In this document: one piece after another, positions 20,345 through 34,170 of the stretch
Layout of the letters: every line of letters starts with the position of its first letter
How positions within the stretch are numbered: position 1 is the stretch's first letter
Origin: Nitrospirae bacterium MYbin3
Lineage (GTDB): Bacteria > Nitrospirota > Thermodesulfovibrionia > Thermodesulfovibrionales > Dissulfurispiraceae
Direction of reading: 5' to 3'
NCBI GenBank assembly: GCA_002753335.1
Contig: PEAD01000005.1
Location: forward strand, 1 to 64,000
Length of the DNA stretch: 64,000 bases
Made by a program: the position numbers and the translations under genes
Notes under the pieces: generated by a model
The model's input: only the letters and a program-made list of their open reading frames with translations
Databases searched by the model: none
What the model was told of the DNA's origin: nothing

Positions 20345-23300
20345 TTATTTCTTATGATACTCCTGAATAGATTTTATATGCAGCTCTTTTTCCCTTAGAA
20401 CTTCTATTGCCCTGACAACAGCCTCTGCTCCTGAGATCGTGGTGGTGTATGGAATCCTGAACTGAAGGGCGTTTCTGCGTATCGAAAGCGAGTCCTTTTG
20501 GGCCTGAGTTCCTGACACGGTGTTAATAATAAAACTCAGCTCTCTGTTCTTTATCAGGTCAACGCAGTGAGGTCTGCCTTCAACAACCTTATTTATGGTA
20601 TCCAATTTTATGCCATGATCAGAAAGATAACCGGCAGTTCCTTTTGTGGCAACCAAACTGAAGCCCATAGACAAAAGCTTTTTTGCTATCGCTACTGTGC
20701 GCGGCTTGTCTTTATCTTTTACGCTTATAAAAATCTTGCCGTCCGCAGGAATTTTGTTGTTGCTTGCGGCCTGCGCCTTTGCGTAGGCAAGACCAAAATC
20801 CTCGTCAATGCCCATGACTTCACCGGTTGATTTCATTTCAGGCCCCAGTATGGTGTCAACGCCCGGAAATTTATCGAAAGGGAACACAGCCTCTTTGACC
20901 GCCACATGGTTTATTTTTTTATCAGCAGTCAGTCCGAGTTCTTTCAACGTCTTTCCGACCATGGTTTTAGCCGCCATCTTAGCGAGAGGTATTCCTGTGG
21001 CCTTGCTCACATAGGGTATCGTCCTTGAACCGCGCGGATTAACCTCAAGAATGAACACCTCGTTGTCCTTCACCGCAAACTGCGCGTTCATCAGTCCGAT
21101 AACATTAAGCTCCCTTGCAAGCGCCCTGGCCTGAGCTTTGATGACATCTATTATGTTTTCGGACAGTGAGTACGGTGGAAGGGAGCAGGCAGAATCTCCA
21201 GAATGTATGCCGGCTTCTTCAATATGCTCCATAACGCCGCCGATGATTACTGCTTCTCCGTCCGATATCGCATCCACATCAACCTCTATTGCGTCCTCAA
21301 GGTATTTGTCCACAAGTATCGGATGCTCAGGAGAAGCCTTCACCGCTCTGTTCATGTAATCTGTCAGAGATTCCTCGTCGTAGACTATCTCCATCGCCCT
21401 GCCGCCAAGCACATAAGACGGCCTTACCATTACAGGATAGCCGATTTCTTTTGCGACGGCCACAGCATCAGCCGTACACATTGCAGTGCCGCTTTCGGGC
21501 TGCTTTAAATCAAGTTTATGCAGGACTTCTTTGAACCGCTTCCTGTCCTCAGCCCTGTCTATCGAATCCGGCGATGTGCCGAGAATCTTTACACCTTCCC
21601 TTTCGAGAGGCACGGCAAGCTTAAGCGGAGTCTGTCCGCCGAACTGCACTATCACGCCTTCCGGCTTTTCGGTCTCGATTATACTGAGAACATCCTCGAT
21701 TGTGAGGGGTTCGAAATAAAGCCTGTCTGCCGTATCATAGTCGGTGCTCACAGTTTCTGGGTTGCAGTTCACCATTATTGTTTCGTAGCCCAACTCACGC
21801 AAAGCGTAAACAGCATGAACACAGCAATAATCAAATTCTATCCCCTGTCCTATTCTGTTTGGGCCGGAACCCAAAATAACAACCTTCTTTTTCTTTGTGG
21901 GATTTGATTCGCACTCTGCGACTGCTGCATCCTGAGCGCCGATTTTTCTGAAAGGCTTTTCATAACTGGAATAAAGGTAAGGCGTGTAAGCCGCGAACTC
22001 GGCAGCGCATGTATCAACCAGTTTATAAACCGGCTTTATGCCTGACTCTCTTCTCATATCCCGAATCTGCTTTTCGGTCTTGCCGGTTAGCTGGGCAATA
22101 CGCTTGTCGGAAAATCCGTACTCTTTTGCATTTCTTATAATCTCTAATGACTGCTGACCGCCAACTGCCGTCTGCTTTATATCTTCTTCCATATCCAGAA
22201 GCTGCTTCATATTTTTCAAAAACCATGGGTCTATAGCCGTTATTCGGTATAGTTCTTCTAGGGACATGCCGTTCCTTAAGGCCTGCGCTACATGCCATAT
22301 CCTCTCGGCATTGGGTATTTTAAGCTTCGCAAGCATTTCGTCTTTTCCTGTCTCAACAGGTTCAAGTCCGGCAGAGCCTGTTTCAAGACTGCGGAGGGCC
22401 TTTTGCAGGGATTCTTTGAAGGTCCGTCCAATAGACATCACTTCGCCCACCGACTTCATCTGCGTTGTCAGCGTAGAATCGGCAGCAGGAAATTTTTCGA
22501 AAGTAAAGCGAGGAATCTTGGTAACAACATAATCTATAGTCGGTTCAAAAGAGGCGGGCGTCTCTCTTGTAATATCGTTTTTAATTTCATCGAGTGTATA
22601 TCCCACCGCCAGCTTTGCCGCTATCTTGGCTATCGGGAATCCGGTAGCCTTGCTTGCAAGCGCAGAGCTTCTCGACACTCTCGGATTCATCTCGATTACA
22701 ATCATTTTGCCGTTCTCGGGATTGATTGCGAACTGGATGTTCGAACCTCCGGTGTCAACACCGATTTCGCGTATGACCGCTATCGATGCATCCCTCATAC
22801 GCTGGTATTCCTTGTCTGTCAGGGTCTGCGCGGGAGCTACCGTAATAGAGTCACCGGTATGCACACCCATCGGATCAAAGTTTTCTATCGAGCAGATTAT
22901 GACCACATTGTCTTTGTTGTCGCGCATGACTTCAAGCTCATACTCTTTCCATCCGAGCGCAGATTCCTCAACAAGCACCTGACTCACAGGACTAAGTTTT
23001 AAGCCCTTTTCGAGCAGGTCGCGGTATTCCTCTATGTTATAGGCTATGCCTCCGCCCGTACCGCCAAGAGTGAATGCGGGCCTTAAAATCGCAGGAAAGC
23101 CTATGGTTTCTATAAAATCTATGCCTTCCTGAAGCGTTGTCACCGCTGCGCTTACAGGCACATCAAGCCCGATCTTTTTCATAGCCTGCTTGAAAAGCTC
23201 CCTGTCCTCAGCTTTTTTAATGGCAGGCAGTTTGGCGCCTATAAGCTCCACGCCATACTTGTCCAAGATGCCTGATTCAGAAAGCTCAACAGCCAAGTTC

Positions 23301-23587
23301 AGCGCTGTTTGACCGCCCATAGTCGGCAATAGCGCATCCGGACGCTCTTTTTTGATGATCAGTTCGATTATCTCTTTTGAAAGCGGCTCAATGTAGGTAG
23401 CATCAGCGGTTTCAGGATCTGTCATGATGGTGGCCGGATTTGAATTAACAAGCACTATCGTGTAGCCCTCATCACGCAAAGCCTTGCAGGCCTGAGTCCC
23501 TGAATAATCAAACTCGCAGGCCTGTCCTATAACGATAGGACCGGAGCCGATAAGCAGAATTTTCTTTATGTCTGTTCTCTTTGGCAT
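20345..23587 (-). CDS. carB: Carbamoyl-phosphate synthase large subunit
   Basis: [30 protein letters not shown]; duplicated ATP-grasp domains; MGS domain. Confidence 0.98.
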   Translation of the reverse strand: MPKRTDIKKILLIGSGPIVIGQACEFDYSGTQACKALRDEGYTIVLVNSNPATIMTDPETADATYIEPLSKEIIELIIKKERPDALLPTMGGQTALNLAVELSESGILDKYGVELIGAKLPAIKKAEDRELFKQAMKKIGLDVPVSAAVTTLQEGIDFIETIGFPAILRPAFTLGGTGGGIAYNIEEYRDLLEKGLKLSPVSQVLVEESALGWKEYELEVMRDNKDNVVIICSIENFDPMGVHTGDSITVAPAQTLTDKEYQRMRDASIAVIREIGVDTGGSNIQFAINPENGKMIVIEMNPRVSRSSALASKATGFPIAKIAAKLAVGYTLDEIKNDITRETPASFEPTIDYVVTKIPRFTFEKFPAADSTLTTQMKSVGEVMSIGRTFKESLQKALRSLETGSAGLEPVETGKDEMLAKLKIPNAERIWHVAQALRNGMSLEELYRITAIDPWFLKNMKQLLDMEEDIKQTAVGGQQSLEIIRNAKEYGFSDKRIAQLTGKTEKQIRDMRRESGIKPVYKLVDTCAAEFAAYTPYLYSSYEKPFRKIGAQDAAVAECESNPTKKKKVVILGSGPNRIGQGIEFDYCCVHAVYALRELGYETIMVNCNPETVSTDYDTADRLYFEPLTIEDVLSIIETEKPEGVIVQFGGQTPLKLAVPLEREGVKILGTSPDSIDRAEDRKRFKEVLHKLDLKQPESGTAMCTADAVAVAKEIGYPVMVRPSYVLGGRAMEIVYDEESLTDYMNRAVKASPEHPILVDKYLEDAIEVDVDAISDGEAVIIGGVMEHIEEAGIHSGDSACSLPPYSLSENIIDVIKAQARALARELNVIGLMNAQFAVKDNEVFILEVNPRGSRTIPYVSKATGIPLAKMAAKTMVGKTLKELGLTADKKINHVAVKEAVFPFDKFPGVDTILGPEMKSTGEVMGIDEDFGLAYAKAQAASNNKIPADGKIFISVKDKDKPRTVAIAKKLLSMGFSLVATKGTAGYLSDHGIKLDTINKVVEGRPHCVDLIKNRELSFIINTVSGTQAQKDSLSIRRNALQFRIPYTTTISGAEAVVRAIEVLREKELHIKSIQEYHKK

Positions 23588-23687
23588 AGCTTATATTTTA
23601 TCCTTGTTTACTTATTTGAACAGAATGCTTGGCTGAAAATAATACCATACGCAATTATCTTAGGTAAATTTAAACTGTAATGCACTT

Positions 23688-24338
23688 TTAAGAAACAGCA
23701 GCAGAAAGCAGCCTCATAAATTCATTTCTAGAAATCTCTCGAGCGCCTAAGCTGATTAAATGAGCTGTAGAAATCTGACAGTCTATCAGCTTGCAGCCAG
23801 ATTTTTTGAGCCTTTCAACAAGAAAGGCGAACGCAGTTTTTGAGGCGTCACTCATCTGAGAAAACATAGACTCTCCGAAAAAAATGCTGCCGAGTGAAAC
23901 ACCGTACAAACCACCGACAAGTTTCCCGTTATGCCAACTTTCGATCGAATGTGCATAGCCCAGCCTGTGCAGCTCTGTGTAAGCCTCGATCATTTCGTGA
24001 GTGATCCAGGTGCCTTTTTCACCCTGCCGTTTTGTTTTTGCGCAGGCAGCTATCACTTCATGGAAAGCCATATTTACGGTAACATCGTAAACACCTTTTT
24101 TAATCGTCTGCTTTAGACTGCGCGAGATTTTAAATTCATCAGGGAACAAGACCAGACGCGGGTCAGGTGCCCACCACAGAATAGGGTTCTCTTCAGAAAA
24201 CCATGGAAAAATACCCTGTGAATATGCAAGCAAAAGACGCTCAACAGACAGGTCTCCACCCACCGCGAGCAAACCTTCTTCTTCGGCAAGTTCAGCAGGG
24301 GGAAAAACAAGCTCTTCATTAAGGTAGAAAACAGGCAT
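23688..24338 (-). CDS. aat: Leucyl/phenylalanyl-tRNA--protein transferase
   Basis: [37 protein letters not shown]. Confidence 0.95.
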   Translation of the reverse strand: MPVFYLNEELVFPPAELAEEEGLLAVGGDLSVERLLLAYSQGIFPWFSEENPILWWAPDPRLVLFPDEFKISRSLKQTIKKGVYDVTVNMAFHEVIAACAKTKRQGEKGTWITHEMIEAYTELHRLGYAHSIESWHNGKLVGGLYGVSLGSIFFGESMFSQMSDASKTAFAFLVERLKKSGCKLIDCQISTAHLISLGAREISRNEFMRLLSAAVS

Positions 24339-24383
24339 TCAAAAATCTGAACGGAAGAAATTTATTCCTATCGTTTTTAAGTG

Positions 24384-24770
24384 TCACTCCACAAGTCGTT
24401 TAAAGCTTTCGGGCAGCCTGCGCGGCTTGCCAGCAGTATCAATGCATGCGATTGTAACATCCGCCTCAACCAATAGAGTTTCGTCTTTTAAAATTTCATG
24501 TTTGAGAAGCAGTGAAACATTTTTAAGCTCAGAAACACCTGTAGTCACCGTTATCACATCCCCAAGTCTGGCTGAACGGCGATAGCGTATATCAACATGA
24601 GTCACTACAAAAAACAAACCCTGCTTATGGAACTCGGCAACATTTATCTCATGCTCAGAAAGAAACTCTGTGCGGGCGCGTTCCAGATAGCGCAGATAGT
24701 TGGCGTAGTAAACCACTCCTCCGGCATCGGTGTCTTCGTAATACACTTTGATATTCATTTTATGAGCCAT
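24384..24770 (-). CDS. YbgC/FadM-family acyl-CoA thioesterase
   Basis: VYYEDTDAGGVVYYANYLRYLERARTE; start moved to MAHK. Confidence 0.9.
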   Translation of the reverse strand: MAHKMNIKVYYEDTDAGGVVYYANYLRYLERARTEFLSEHEINVAEFHKQGLFFVVTHVDIRYRRSARLGDVITVTTGVSELKNVSLLLKHEILKDETLLVEADVTIACIDTAGKPRRLPESFKRLVE

Positions 24771-24789
24771 GCTGCAGATGGAGCTAAAG

Positions 24790-26298
24790 TTAAGACTGTT
24801 TTTTCCTAACCACAAGTTTGTTCAGCGCGTTTATGTAAGCCTTTGCGGAAGCCACAATTATGTCGGTGTCTGCGCCATATCCCCGCACAGTCCTGCCATC
24901 CTCTTTCAGAGATATAGCGACCTCGCCGAGGGCATCGGTGCCTCCGGTAATGCTTTTAACCTCGAACTTCAACAGGCTGCTCTGAGTGGATGTTGCGGAC
25001 ACTATGGCCTTGTAAACCGCGTCAACAGGACCGTCACCATGCTCGACCTTATCCACGACCTCGCCGTTAATCCTGATTTTTAGCGCAGCTGTAGGTTTAA
25101 CACTCGTGCCGCACGAAATTGAGAGATCAACAAGGCTGTAGGTTTCAGGAGTTTTGGAGACCTCCTCAGAAACTAGCGCCTCGATATCTTCATCGAAAAT
25201 ATTCTTTTTCTGGTCTGCCAGATGCTTAAACTTGTTAAACGCCAGCTCGATTTCATCCGCAGAAAGTTCGTACCCGAGTTCCGTAAGCCTTGACTTAAAA
25301 GCATGCCTGCCCGAATGTTTGCCCAACACCAGTTCTGTCTTGTTGAGGCCGATGTCTTCGGGTTTGATTATTTCGTAGGTCATCTTCTCTTTCAGAAGAC
25401 CGTCCTGATGTATGCCGGATTCATGCGCAAAAGCGTTGGCGCCTACTATTGCCTTGTTCGGCTGAACCTGCATGCCGGTTATCCTCGTAATCAGGCGGCT
25501 GGTACGGATTATTTCTTTAGTGTTTATGTTGGTCATTGCATTGTAAAAATCGCGGCGCGTGCGGAGCGACATAACAATCTCCTCCATAGAGCAGTTGCCG
25601 GCTCTCTCTCCAATGCCGTTGATTGTGCACTCAACCTGTCCTGCGCCGTTGTAGATAGCCGCAAGGGAATTAGCCACCGCAAGTCCTAAGTCGTTGTGGC
25701 AATGAACCGATATCACCGCCCGATCGCCTATCCTCTCTTTTATCTGCCTTATCAGGTCGCCAAACTCCGCAGGCGTTGTGTAGCCAACAGTATCAGGAAT
25801 ATTAACGGTTGAAGCCCCGGCTTCTATAACCGCTTCAACCACATCAAGAAGGTACGGCGTTTCTGTGCGCGTCGCGTCCATAGGCGAAAACTCGATATCT
25901 TCGGTCAGGCTTCTCGCTAGTTTGACCATATCGGCAGACCTCTTCAGGGCCTCTTCGCGGCTTACCCTAAACTGATATTTCAGGTGTATGTCCGATGTTG
26001 AATGAAATGTATGTATCCTTCTCAAAGGCGCGTCTTTTATAGCCTGAAAAGCGCTTTCTATATCCGCCTCTTTTGCCCGTGCAAGCCCTGCTATGGTCGC
26101 TCCTTTAACCTCGTTTGCTATCCTCTGAACTGCATCAAAATCGCCTGGAGACGCTATAGGAAAGCCTGCCTCTATGATGTCAACACCAAGCTTGACGAGC
26201 TGCTTTGCTACCTGCAGTTTCTCGTCAGTGTTCATCGAGGCGCCCGGAGACTGCTCTCCGTCCCTCAGCGTGGTGTCGAAAATCTTTACTACTCTCAT
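24790..26298 (-). CDS. leuA: 2-isopropylmalate synthase
   Basis: FDTTLRDGEQSPG, HCHNDLG, HESGIHQDG, LGKHSGR; start at MRVVKIF gives an ATGA overlap with the pssA stop. Confidence 0.95.
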   Translation of the reverse strand: MRVVKIFDTTLRDGEQSPGASMNTDEKLQVAKQLVKLGVDIIEAGFPIASPGDFDAVQRIANEVKGATIAGLARAKEADIESAFQAIKDAPLRRIHTFHSTSDIHLKYQFRVSREEALKRSADMVKLARSLTEDIEFSPMDATRTETPYLLDVVEAVIEAGASTVNIPDTVGYTTPAEFGDLIRQIKERIGDRAVISVHCHNDLGLAVANSLAAIYNGAGQVECTINGIGERAGNCSMEEIVMSLRTRRDFYNAMTNINTKEIIRTSRLITRITGMQVQPNKAIVGANAFAHESGIHQDGLLKEKMTYEIIKPEDIGLNKTELVLGKHSGRHAFKSRLTELGYELSADEIELAFNKFKHLADQKKNIFDEDIEALVSEEVSKTPETYSLVDLSISCGTSVKPTAALKIRINGEVVDKVEHGDGPVDAVYKAIVSATSTQSSLLKFEVKSITGGTDALGEVAISLKEDGRTVRGYGADTDIIVASAKAYINALNKLVVRKKQS

Positions 26299-27089
26299 GT
26301 TTTTTTCTCCTCTATTATCAAATGCTGGCCCGCTAGTTTTTGTTTGCGCCTTCTCCAAATCAGATATATATTTTCAATTATACCCCACAAAATATAAAAC
26401 ATTGCAAAAATGAATATTGCGGTCGAAGGGTGAATCAGAAGCACGAACAACACAAGCACAAAGACTATCAGGAACCAGAAAGGTTTGCGCTCACTGAAGT
26501 TAATCTCCTTCACCCCGTGAAAACGAAGCGTGCTTACCATTAACAACGAAAGCAGGATGGTCATAGACAACAGAAAGATATTTCTCTCCGGCAGCCCATC
26601 CCAGAACTCATAATAAAAAATTACTATTGAAGCCACTACGGTAGCTGCGCCGGGTATCGGCATTCCCTTAAATGATTTTGAGCCGGGAGTTCCGGTCTGG
26701 ATATTGAAGCGCGCAAGCCGTAGGGCCCCGCACGCTACAAACAGAAAAGCCGCAGCCCATCCGAGCCTGCCGAACGGCATCAGCGCCCATTTATACATCA
26801 TGATAGACGGCGCAACGCCAAAAGCCACAAGGTCCGATAGAGAATCGAGTTCGAGGCCGAACTTGGTTGTAGTGTTGGTAAGCCGTGCTATCCAGCCGTC
26901 CAGTCCATCAAAAATATTAGCAAGGACTATTGCCCACGCGGCATTTACGTATTGGCCGTTTATGGCCGAAAGTATCGCAAAAAAACCGCAGTACAGACTG
27001 CAGAGCGTAAGAGTGTTCGGCAAAAGATATACGCCTTTTTTAGGCTTCTTTTCGTGCCTATGACCTTCGTATTCAGATTCTGTGTCCAA
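26295..27089 (-). CDS. pssA: CDP-diacylglycerol--serine O-phosphatidyltransferase
   Basis: LLPNTLT, DGLDGWIAR...FGLELDSLSDLVAFGVAP, LRLARFN. Confidence 0.93.
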   Translation of the reverse strand: MDTESEYEGHRHEKKPKKGVYLLPNTLTLCSLYCGFFAILSAINGQYVNAAWAIVLANIFDGLDGWIARLTNTTTKFGLELDSLSDLVAFGVAPSIMMYKWALMPFGRLGWAAAFLFVACGALRLARFNIQTGTPGSKSFKGMPIPGAATVVASIVIFYYEFWDGLPERNIFLLSMTILLSLLMVSTLRFHGVKEINFSERKPFWFLIVFVLVLFVLLIHPSTAIFIFAMFYILWGIIENIYLIWRRRKQKLAGQHLIIEEKKT

Positions 27090-27698
27090 TGATGGTTTCT
27101 CCCGCCTTGACAGTATCGCCGAGCTTTACCCTTATTTCGGTATCCTTCGGCAGAAATATATCGAGCCTTGAGCTGAATTTGATTATCCCGTAGCGCTCGC
27201 CTTTTTTAAGTTCAGCTCCGGGCTTGACCCTGCAGACCGCACGCCGTGCCACAAATCCGGCAATCTGCCTTACAAGTATCCTTCCAAGTCTCGTGTTCAT
27301 CAGCATAGCGATATTCTCGTTTTCTAACGATGCTTCCGGCTTGAACGCAGAGATAAATCTCCCGGGTGTGTGGACAACCTGCTCCACAGTTCCGTCGCAG
27401 GGCGCCCTGTTCACATGCACATTTAGCGGCGACATGAAGATGCTTATCATGGCCGACTCTTCTTTCAGGAGCTGATCCTCTCGCGAGATTCGGGCGACTA
27501 TCACCTTGCCGTCTGCCGGAGAAACGAATATATCATCGCCCTCAGGAGTGGTCCTCTCGGGGTCCCTGAAAAAATATGCCATGAACATAGTTACTATAAA
27601 AAACAGAAGGGCTGCCGCAACTCCGGCTCCAGCATAAGCAACAGCAGTTGCCAATGCAAAAAAGCCTATAAATGGGTAGCCCTCCGGCGCGAACTTCA

Positions 27699-27699
<1 letters not shown>
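27073..27699 (-). CDS. psd: Phosphatidylserine decarboxylase (short form)
   Basis: FFRDPER, SPADGKV, IFMSPLNVHVNR, IKFSSR cleavage region. Confidence 0.92.
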
Positions 27700-28745
<1,046 letters not shown>

Positions 28746-28816
28746 TTACAATAGAATGAATGTTTATTATAGTATATCCGTCCAATATTTTCCGCTGTTT
28801 GCTGTAAACTTATCAG

Positions 28817-29698
28817 ATGGATAGTCTCTGGATACTGCTGTCGATTGCCTGCGCATTTACTGTTGCAACAAGCGATGCCCTGACAAAGAAAGCACTCGAA
28901 GGCAACGACTTGTATCTGATTGCTTGGCTTCGGCTGTTTTTTACATTCCCGGTTGTTCTTTTAGCTCAGCTTTTTGTTCCCCTGCCCCAGATTGATGCAG
29001 TATTCTTTAAAACCCTTCTTATAGCACTTCCGATAGAGGTAATAGCATTTTTGCTCTACATGAAAGCGCTGCAAATATCTCCGCTTAGCCTTACATTGCC
29101 TTTTCTTGCTTTGACACCAATATTCCTGATAGTTGTACCCACACTCATATTGGGAGAAAATGTGTCGGTTCACGGCGCACTCGGAATAATACTGATTGCG
29201 TCCGGAAGCTATACGCTGAATGTAAAGGATTTCAAAAAAGGATTGTTTGAGCCTATCAAAGCAATTAAAAAGGAGCGCGGCGCAGTTTACATGATAATCG
29301 TCGCCTTGATTTACAGCATCACAGCTGCCCTCGCAAAAAAAGTGGTCGAGCATTCGTCAGCCATTTTCTCGGCCCTTGCGTATAATGCAGCGCTGCTTAT
29401 TTCTCTAACGCCGTATGTTTTTTTTAGATGCAGGCTTCAGTTGAATTGCTACAGTGCAAAAAGAAATGAGATAAAAGCAACAATACTGCCGGGAGTCTTT
29501 GACGGGATTTCCCTAATCACAGGAATGATGGCGCTTGGCATTGCAAACGTGGCTTATATGGTATCGATCAAACGCTTCAGCCTGCTGATAGGAGTCTTAT
29601 ACGGATATCTTCTTTTTAAAGAGAGCGGTATAAAAGAACGTTTATTGGGTTCAGCGCTTATGCTTGCAGGTTTTGTGATTATCGTAATATTTCATTAA
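28817..29698 (+). CDS. EamA/DMT family transporter
   Basis: About ten TM helices in two repeats; ALQISPLSLTLPFLALTPIF, LFKE. Confidence 0.85.
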   Translation: MDSLWILLSIACAFTVATSDALTKKALEGNDLYLIAWLRLFFTFPVVLLAQLFVPLPQIDAVFFKTLLIALPIEVIAFLLYMKALQISPLSLTLPFLALTPIFLIVVPTLILGENVSVHGALGIILIASGSYTLNVKDFKKGLFEPIKAIKKERGAVYMIIVALIYSITAALAKKVVEHSSAIFSALAYNAALLISLTPYVFFRCRLQLNCYSAKRNEIKATILPGVFDGISLITGMMALGIANVAYMVSIKRFSLLIGVLYGYLLFKESGIKERLLGSALMLAGFVIIVIFH

Positions 29699-30275
29699 GA
29701 AGCCTGTGAACCTCATCAGAGACCTCTTGGTTTTTTGATGAGAAAATCATCAACTCCTCGCCAGATTTCAGCGCAAGCGAAACCGTATGAAATTCTGAAG
29801 CCTGTCCAAAGCCCGGGATTACGGTGTGATGCTGCAATGCGATCTTTTCAACCATCTGAACACCGTCCGGATTTTCTGGCACAAGCGACAAAGTATTTTT
29901 TACTACCACTGATATATCGCTGAAATTGTAAGACCGCTGTTTTTCTCCAAACACACTTTTTACTGTGATTTGAAGAGATTTTTTAAAGCTGTCAAACTCA
30001 GCCGTTAGCAGGCGGTCTTTGAGCGCCACGGTTCTGAAAAATAGGAATAAAGCAGCAAAGGATCCTATGAAAGCAAAAAAGCTGCTAAATGTAATTTTTA
30101 TTTTGTCAGCAAAAATAAATCCAAGTACAAATATTACCGCGCCTGCGGCAAGGCTTGCAGTCATTTCCTTGTTATAGATTCCACTGTGAAGTATGCTACC
30201 CTTTTCTGCGGTAAAATGAGTGGTGCTGAATCTAATGACAGCGCCGTCTGAAGCTAAACTGTACTCTGACGGCAA
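29679..30275 (-). CDS. Hypothetical membrane protein (2 TM)
   Basis: Immediately downstream of carA, same strand; two hydrophobic segments. Confidence 0.6.
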   Translation of the reverse strand: MPSEYSLASDGAVIRFSTTHFTAEKGSILHSGIYNKEMTASLAAGAVIFVLGFIFADKIKITFSSFFAFIGSFAALFLFFRTVALKDRLLTAEFDSFKKSLQITVKSVFGEKQRSYNFSDISVVVKNTLSLVPENPDGVQMVEKIALQHHTVIPGFGQASEFHTVSLALKSGEELMIFSSKNQEVSDEVHRLLNEILR

Positions 30276-30276
30276 A

Positions 30277-31398
30277 TCAGTTTTGCCCCTCTACCATCTT
30301 CCTGAATCTCTCAAAAAGATAGACCGAATCATTCGGCCCCGGACCTGCTTCTGGATGGTACTGAACAGAAAATACAGGCAGGTCAACATGCCTCATGCCC
30401 TCTTCAGAGCCGTCAAAAAGATTTCTATGGGTAAGCTCAACCTGATTTTTAACGCTGTCAAAATCAACGCAGTAGTTGTGGTTCTGCGAAGTAATCTCGA
30501 CCTTGCCGGTGGCTATATCCATAACAGGATGGTTTCCGCCGTGATGGCCGAATTTAAGCTTGTATGTCCTTCCGCCAAGCGCGAGCCCGAGTATCTGATG
30601 TCCGAGGCATATGCCGAAGATAGGCTTTTTACCGAGCAGTTTCTTTGCGCTTTCGATGCCGTAGGTAACGGTCTGTGGGTCTCCCGGCCCGTTGCTCAGC
30701 ATTATACCATCAGGATTCATAGATAAGACCTCTTCCGCGTGGGTTTGAGCAGGCACTACGGTTACATCGAAGCCTGAGTTTACAAGGTTTCTAAGGATGT
30801 TGAATTTTATGCCAAAGTCATAAACAACAACCGAATATTTTTTGGAAACCGATTTATAATCGGCTTTATCCCACTTCCAACAACCCTCCCGCCATGAGTA
30901 TTTTTCTTTTGTCGTAACCTCTTTTACAAAATCAACAGCAGCCATCCCCGGATGATTTCTGACCTTTTCTAAAAGGCTTCCGGGATTAGTGTCAACGCTC
31001 GATATTATGCCCATCTGCGCGCCATGGTTCCTTAAATGCCTTGTGAGCGCCCTCGTATCAAGACCTTCTATGCCCACGATGCATGATTCCTTGAGGTACT
31101 GCCCGAGAGTCATCTTGGAACGCCAGTTGCTCGGAAAATCAATATACTCTTTGACAACAAAGCCTTCGGCTTTAGGGCCGCCTGCAGATTCTATATCTTC
31201 AGGGCTTATCCCATAATTGCCCATCTGTGAATATGTCATAGTTACAATTTGTCCCTTATACGAAGGATCTGTAAGTATTTCCTGATATCCTGTCATCGAG
31301 GTGTTGAACACAACCTCGCCGATAGTCTCTCCGGAAGCCCCGAAGTTCCTTCCTTCAAAAATAGTTCCATCAGCAAGCACAAGCAAAGCCTTATTCAT
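30277..31398 (-). CDS. carA: Carbamoyl-phosphate synthase small subunit
   Basis: [41 protein letters not shown]. Confidence 0.97.
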   Translation of the reverse strand: MNKALLVLADGTIFEGRNFGASGETIGEVVFNTSMTGYQEILTDPSYKGQIVTMTYSQMGNYGISPEDIESAGGPKAEGFVVKEYIDFPSNWRSKMTLGQYLKESCIVGIEGLDTRALTRHLRNHGAQMGIISSVDTNPGSLLEKVRNHPGMAAVDFVKEVTTKEKYSWREGCWKWDKADYKSVSKKYSVVVYDFGIKFNILRNLVNSGFDVTVVPAQTHAEEVLSMNPDGIMLSNGPGDPQTVTYGIESAKKLLGKKPIFGICLGHQILGLALGGRTYKLKFGHHGGNHPVMDIATGKVEITSQNHNYCVDFDSVKNQVELTHRNLFDGSEEGMRHVDLPVFSVQYHPEAGPGPNDSVYLFERFRKMVEGQN

Positions 31399-32873
31399 TA
31401 AGCCTCCGGTTCGATAGCCCTAAGCAGGTTCTTGAACTCATCATCTTCCCTGATATATCTAAAATCTTCATTCACAGCAGCCTTCTCAGCATGTTTTCTA
31501 TCTATTGCCACAGCCTTCGTAAGATATTTAATAGCATTCTCCCTGTCCCTCTTTTTGGAGCATATCCTTGCCATGCCGAACCAAGCCCGTGCATAAAGAG
31601 GGTCTATAGAAACAGCCTTATCAAAGTTATGAAGTGCCTCATCCATCAGTCCCAGATTACGCAATGAGGTCCCCCTGCCAAACCATGATTTGGCATCGCC
31701 GCTGTTTATTGCAAGCGAAAAATCAAAGCATTGAAGCGCTGCTTCATAAGATTCTAAATAATTAAGCGCAATGCCTTTACCGTACCATGCCTCACCGTCA
31801 TCCGACTTAATATTTATCGCTGCATCATAGGACTTATAAGCATCTTCATGAAGCCCCAATACGCTCAACTCTATCGCCTTTCCATGCCACACCTTTGCAT
31901 CCATAGGCCTAAGAATAGATGCGGTCTCGAAGCATTTTAATGCATCCTCATGTCTTCCCAGGCTGCTCATTGCAACTCCCCTGTCGTACCAAACATCAGC
32001 ATACATCGCCTTTATCTCGAGAGCTTTGTCATAGCAGGCTGCTGCTTCTTCGAATCTTTCCATGCCGGCAAGTGTATAGCCCTTGCCATACCATGCCTCG
32101 GCAAATGATGGCGATATTTCTATAGCTGCATCGAATGAATTTAAGGCCTCATCACCATTCCCGACATCATCTAGAGCTACTCCAAGGTTGTTTAGAGCAT
32201 ATATGCTGTCCGGCCTTGCTTTAACAGCCCTGTCATAATATTCGGCAGCTTTCTCATATTTTTTTCCATAGAACTCTGCGTTTCCGAGCATCAGATAGTC
32301 TTTATAATCAAACACAGGTTTGCCGTATCTTGCATCTATCTTCTCTATGCATTCGGCCACAAAAAAGAGTACACGACTGTCGAGATCAGAACAGACCTTA
32401 TCATCTTTTTCATCAGAGCGAGGGTCTATCGCACCATCATTTATACTCACACTATCCAGCAATGCCGCGATGCTTTTCTTTATCTCTTCCGCACTTAGAT
32501 AAAGGGCTTCATAATTTTCGAGTCTTTCTACATGTTCTATCTGGGGGAAAAGCTTTATGACAGCTGACATGCTCTGGCCTTCCCTGAGCTGAGCCTGTTT
32601 GGTATTGATGCTTGAAGGTTCGCTATTTTTCACAGGCTCCGGCAATGGTGCGGCTTTTACCGGAACAGAAATTTGTTCGGGTTCTTTGAGCGTTTCTGAT
32701 GTTTTTTCCTTTTTAGGTTCCTCAACAGGCTTTTCGTCATTCCTTATTTCGATTCTATTTTTTCTTGTCGCTCTATAAATTAAAAGAATTATAATTACGG
32801 CCAAAAGCGCTCCTGCATAAGACAAATGCTCTATGCTTACTGAATATCCGAAAAGATTAATGTTTCCACTCAT
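31398..32873 (-). CDS. Membrane-anchored TPR-repeat protein
   Basis: N-terminal TM helix, Pro/Lys/Glu linker, repeated AWYGKG-type TPR units. Confidence 0.85.
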   Translation of the reverse strand: MSGNINLFGYSVSIEHLSYAGALLAVIIILLIYRATRKNRIEIRNDEKPVEEPKKEKTSETLKEPEQISVPVKAAPLPEPVKNSEPSSINTKQAQLREGQSMSAVIKLFPQIEHVERLENYEALYLSAEEIKKSIAALLDSVSINDGAIDPRSDEKDDKVCSDLDSRVLFFVAECIEKIDARYGKPVFDYKDYLMLGNAEFYGKKYEKAAEYYDRAVKARPDSIYALNNLGVALDDVGNGDEALNSFDAAIEISPSFAEAWYGKGYTLAGMERFEEAAACYDKALEIKAMYADVWYDRGVAMSSLGRHEDALKCFETASILRPMDAKVWHGKAIELSVLGLHEDAYKSYDAAINIKSDDGEAWYGKGIALNYLESYEAALQCFDFSLAINSGDAKSWFGRGTSLRNLGLMDEALHNFDKAVSIDPLYARAWFGMARICSKKRDRENAIKYLTKAVAIDRKHAEKAAVNEDFRYIREDDEFKNLLRAIEPEA

Positions 32874-34170
32874 ATATATTCCCCCCGGATATTGTTATCG
32901 CCGATAAGCCTTTGAGCCTCCATCCGGCAAACGGCGTATTTTTACCCTTTGAAACAAAACTCTCGCTCTCAACCGTAAATTCCGCATCTGGATTGATTAT
33001 GGCAATATCTGCCGAAAATCCCTGCTTTAATGTACCGGCCTTAATACCTGTTATAATCGCCGGATTCAGGCACATTTTTTCGGTAAGCTGTTTCATAGAC
33101 AATACCCCATCCCTCACAAGGCTAAGACTCAGGCTCAAGGCCGTCTCAAAGCCTGATATGCCTGAAGGGGCATTATCAAATTCCTTCAGTTTCTCGTCTT
33201 TGTGGTGAGGCGCATGGTCGGTCGCTATAACATCGATAGTACCGTCTCTTAATCCTTCCTTTATAGCATCGATGTCAGACTCGGTCCTTAGCGGTGGATT
33301 CACTTTTGCGCTTGTGTTGTAGCCGATGACAGCCTTCTCAGTTATGCTAAAATAATGCGGACAGGTTTCGGCGGTAATCCGAATGCCCTGCTCCTTAGCC
33401 CTTCTTATTAAGGCTACCGCACACTTTGAAGAAACATGAGCTATGTGCAGTCTTCCCCCTGTCAGCTTAGCAAGAAGGATGTCTCTGGCAACCATTATAT
33501 CTTCAGCCTCGGTCGGTATCCCTTTTAATCCAAGCATGGACGATACAGTTCCCTCGTTCATAACGCCTGAGTCTGCCAGCAAAAGGTCTTCGCAGTGGGA
33601 TATAATCGGGGAATTGAATATCTTTGAGTATTCGAGGGCCCTTCTCATCATAAGGCTGTTCATCACCGGACTTCCGTCGTCAGAAAAGCCGACGCATCCG
33701 GCCTCACGCATCATGCCGAATTCTGCAAGCTCCTCTCCTTTTTGCCCCTTTGTTATAGCACCTATTGGATAAACATTGCAGACGCCCTGTTCATGAGCCT
33801 TTTTTATTATGTAACTGGTTACGGTAGCGTTGTCGTTAACAGGATTTGTGTTCGGCATGCAGCAAACCGAGGTAAAACCCCCATTGACTGCAGCGCGTGT
33901 CCCTGTATTTATATTTTCTTTATGCTCAAATCCGGGCTCCCGCAGATGCACATGCATATCTACAAGCCCCGGAAACACATACATCCCTGAAGCATCTATT
34001 GTCTTGATTTCTTTATTTAGAGAGCCATTCTTCCTAGAATCTTTTTTGTTGTTTTTGATATATATTCCTGCAATCTTTCCATTTTCAACAAACAGATCAC
34101 CAATGCCCTCGATATTCTGAGATGGGTCTATAATAAAACCGCTTTTAATAATAAATTCGTTATTCCGCAT
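32857..34170 (-). CDS. pyrC: Dihydroorotase
   Basis: [42 protein letters not shown]. Confidence 0.95.
   Translation of the reverse strand: MRNNEFIIKSGFIIDPSQNIEGIGDLFVENGKIAGIYIKNNKKDSRKNGSLNKEIKTIDASGMYVFPGLVDMHVHLREPGFEHKENINTGTRAAVNGGFTSVCCMPNTNPVNDNATVTSYIIKKAHEQGVCNVYPIGAITKGQKGEELAEFGMMREAGCVGFSDDGSPVMNSLMMRRALEYSKIFNSPIISHCEDLLLADSGVMNEGTVSSMLGLKGIPTEAEDIMVARDILLAKLTGGRLHIAHVSSKCAVALIRRAKEQGIRITAETCPHYFSITEKAVIGYNTSAKVNPPLRTESDIDAIKEGLRDGTIDVIATDHAPHHKDEKLKEFDNAPSGISGFETALSLSLSLVRDGVLSMKQLTEKMCLNPAIITGIKAGTLKQGFSADIAIINPDAEFTVESESFVSKGKNTPFAGWRLKGLSAITISGGNIYEWKH

Noticed and set aside
22292..23002. Long antisense ORFs (236 aa here; also 61436-62074, 27672-28247, 59997-60506)
   Set aside because: They lie opposite well-conserved genes and show no recognisable motifs; shadow ORFs
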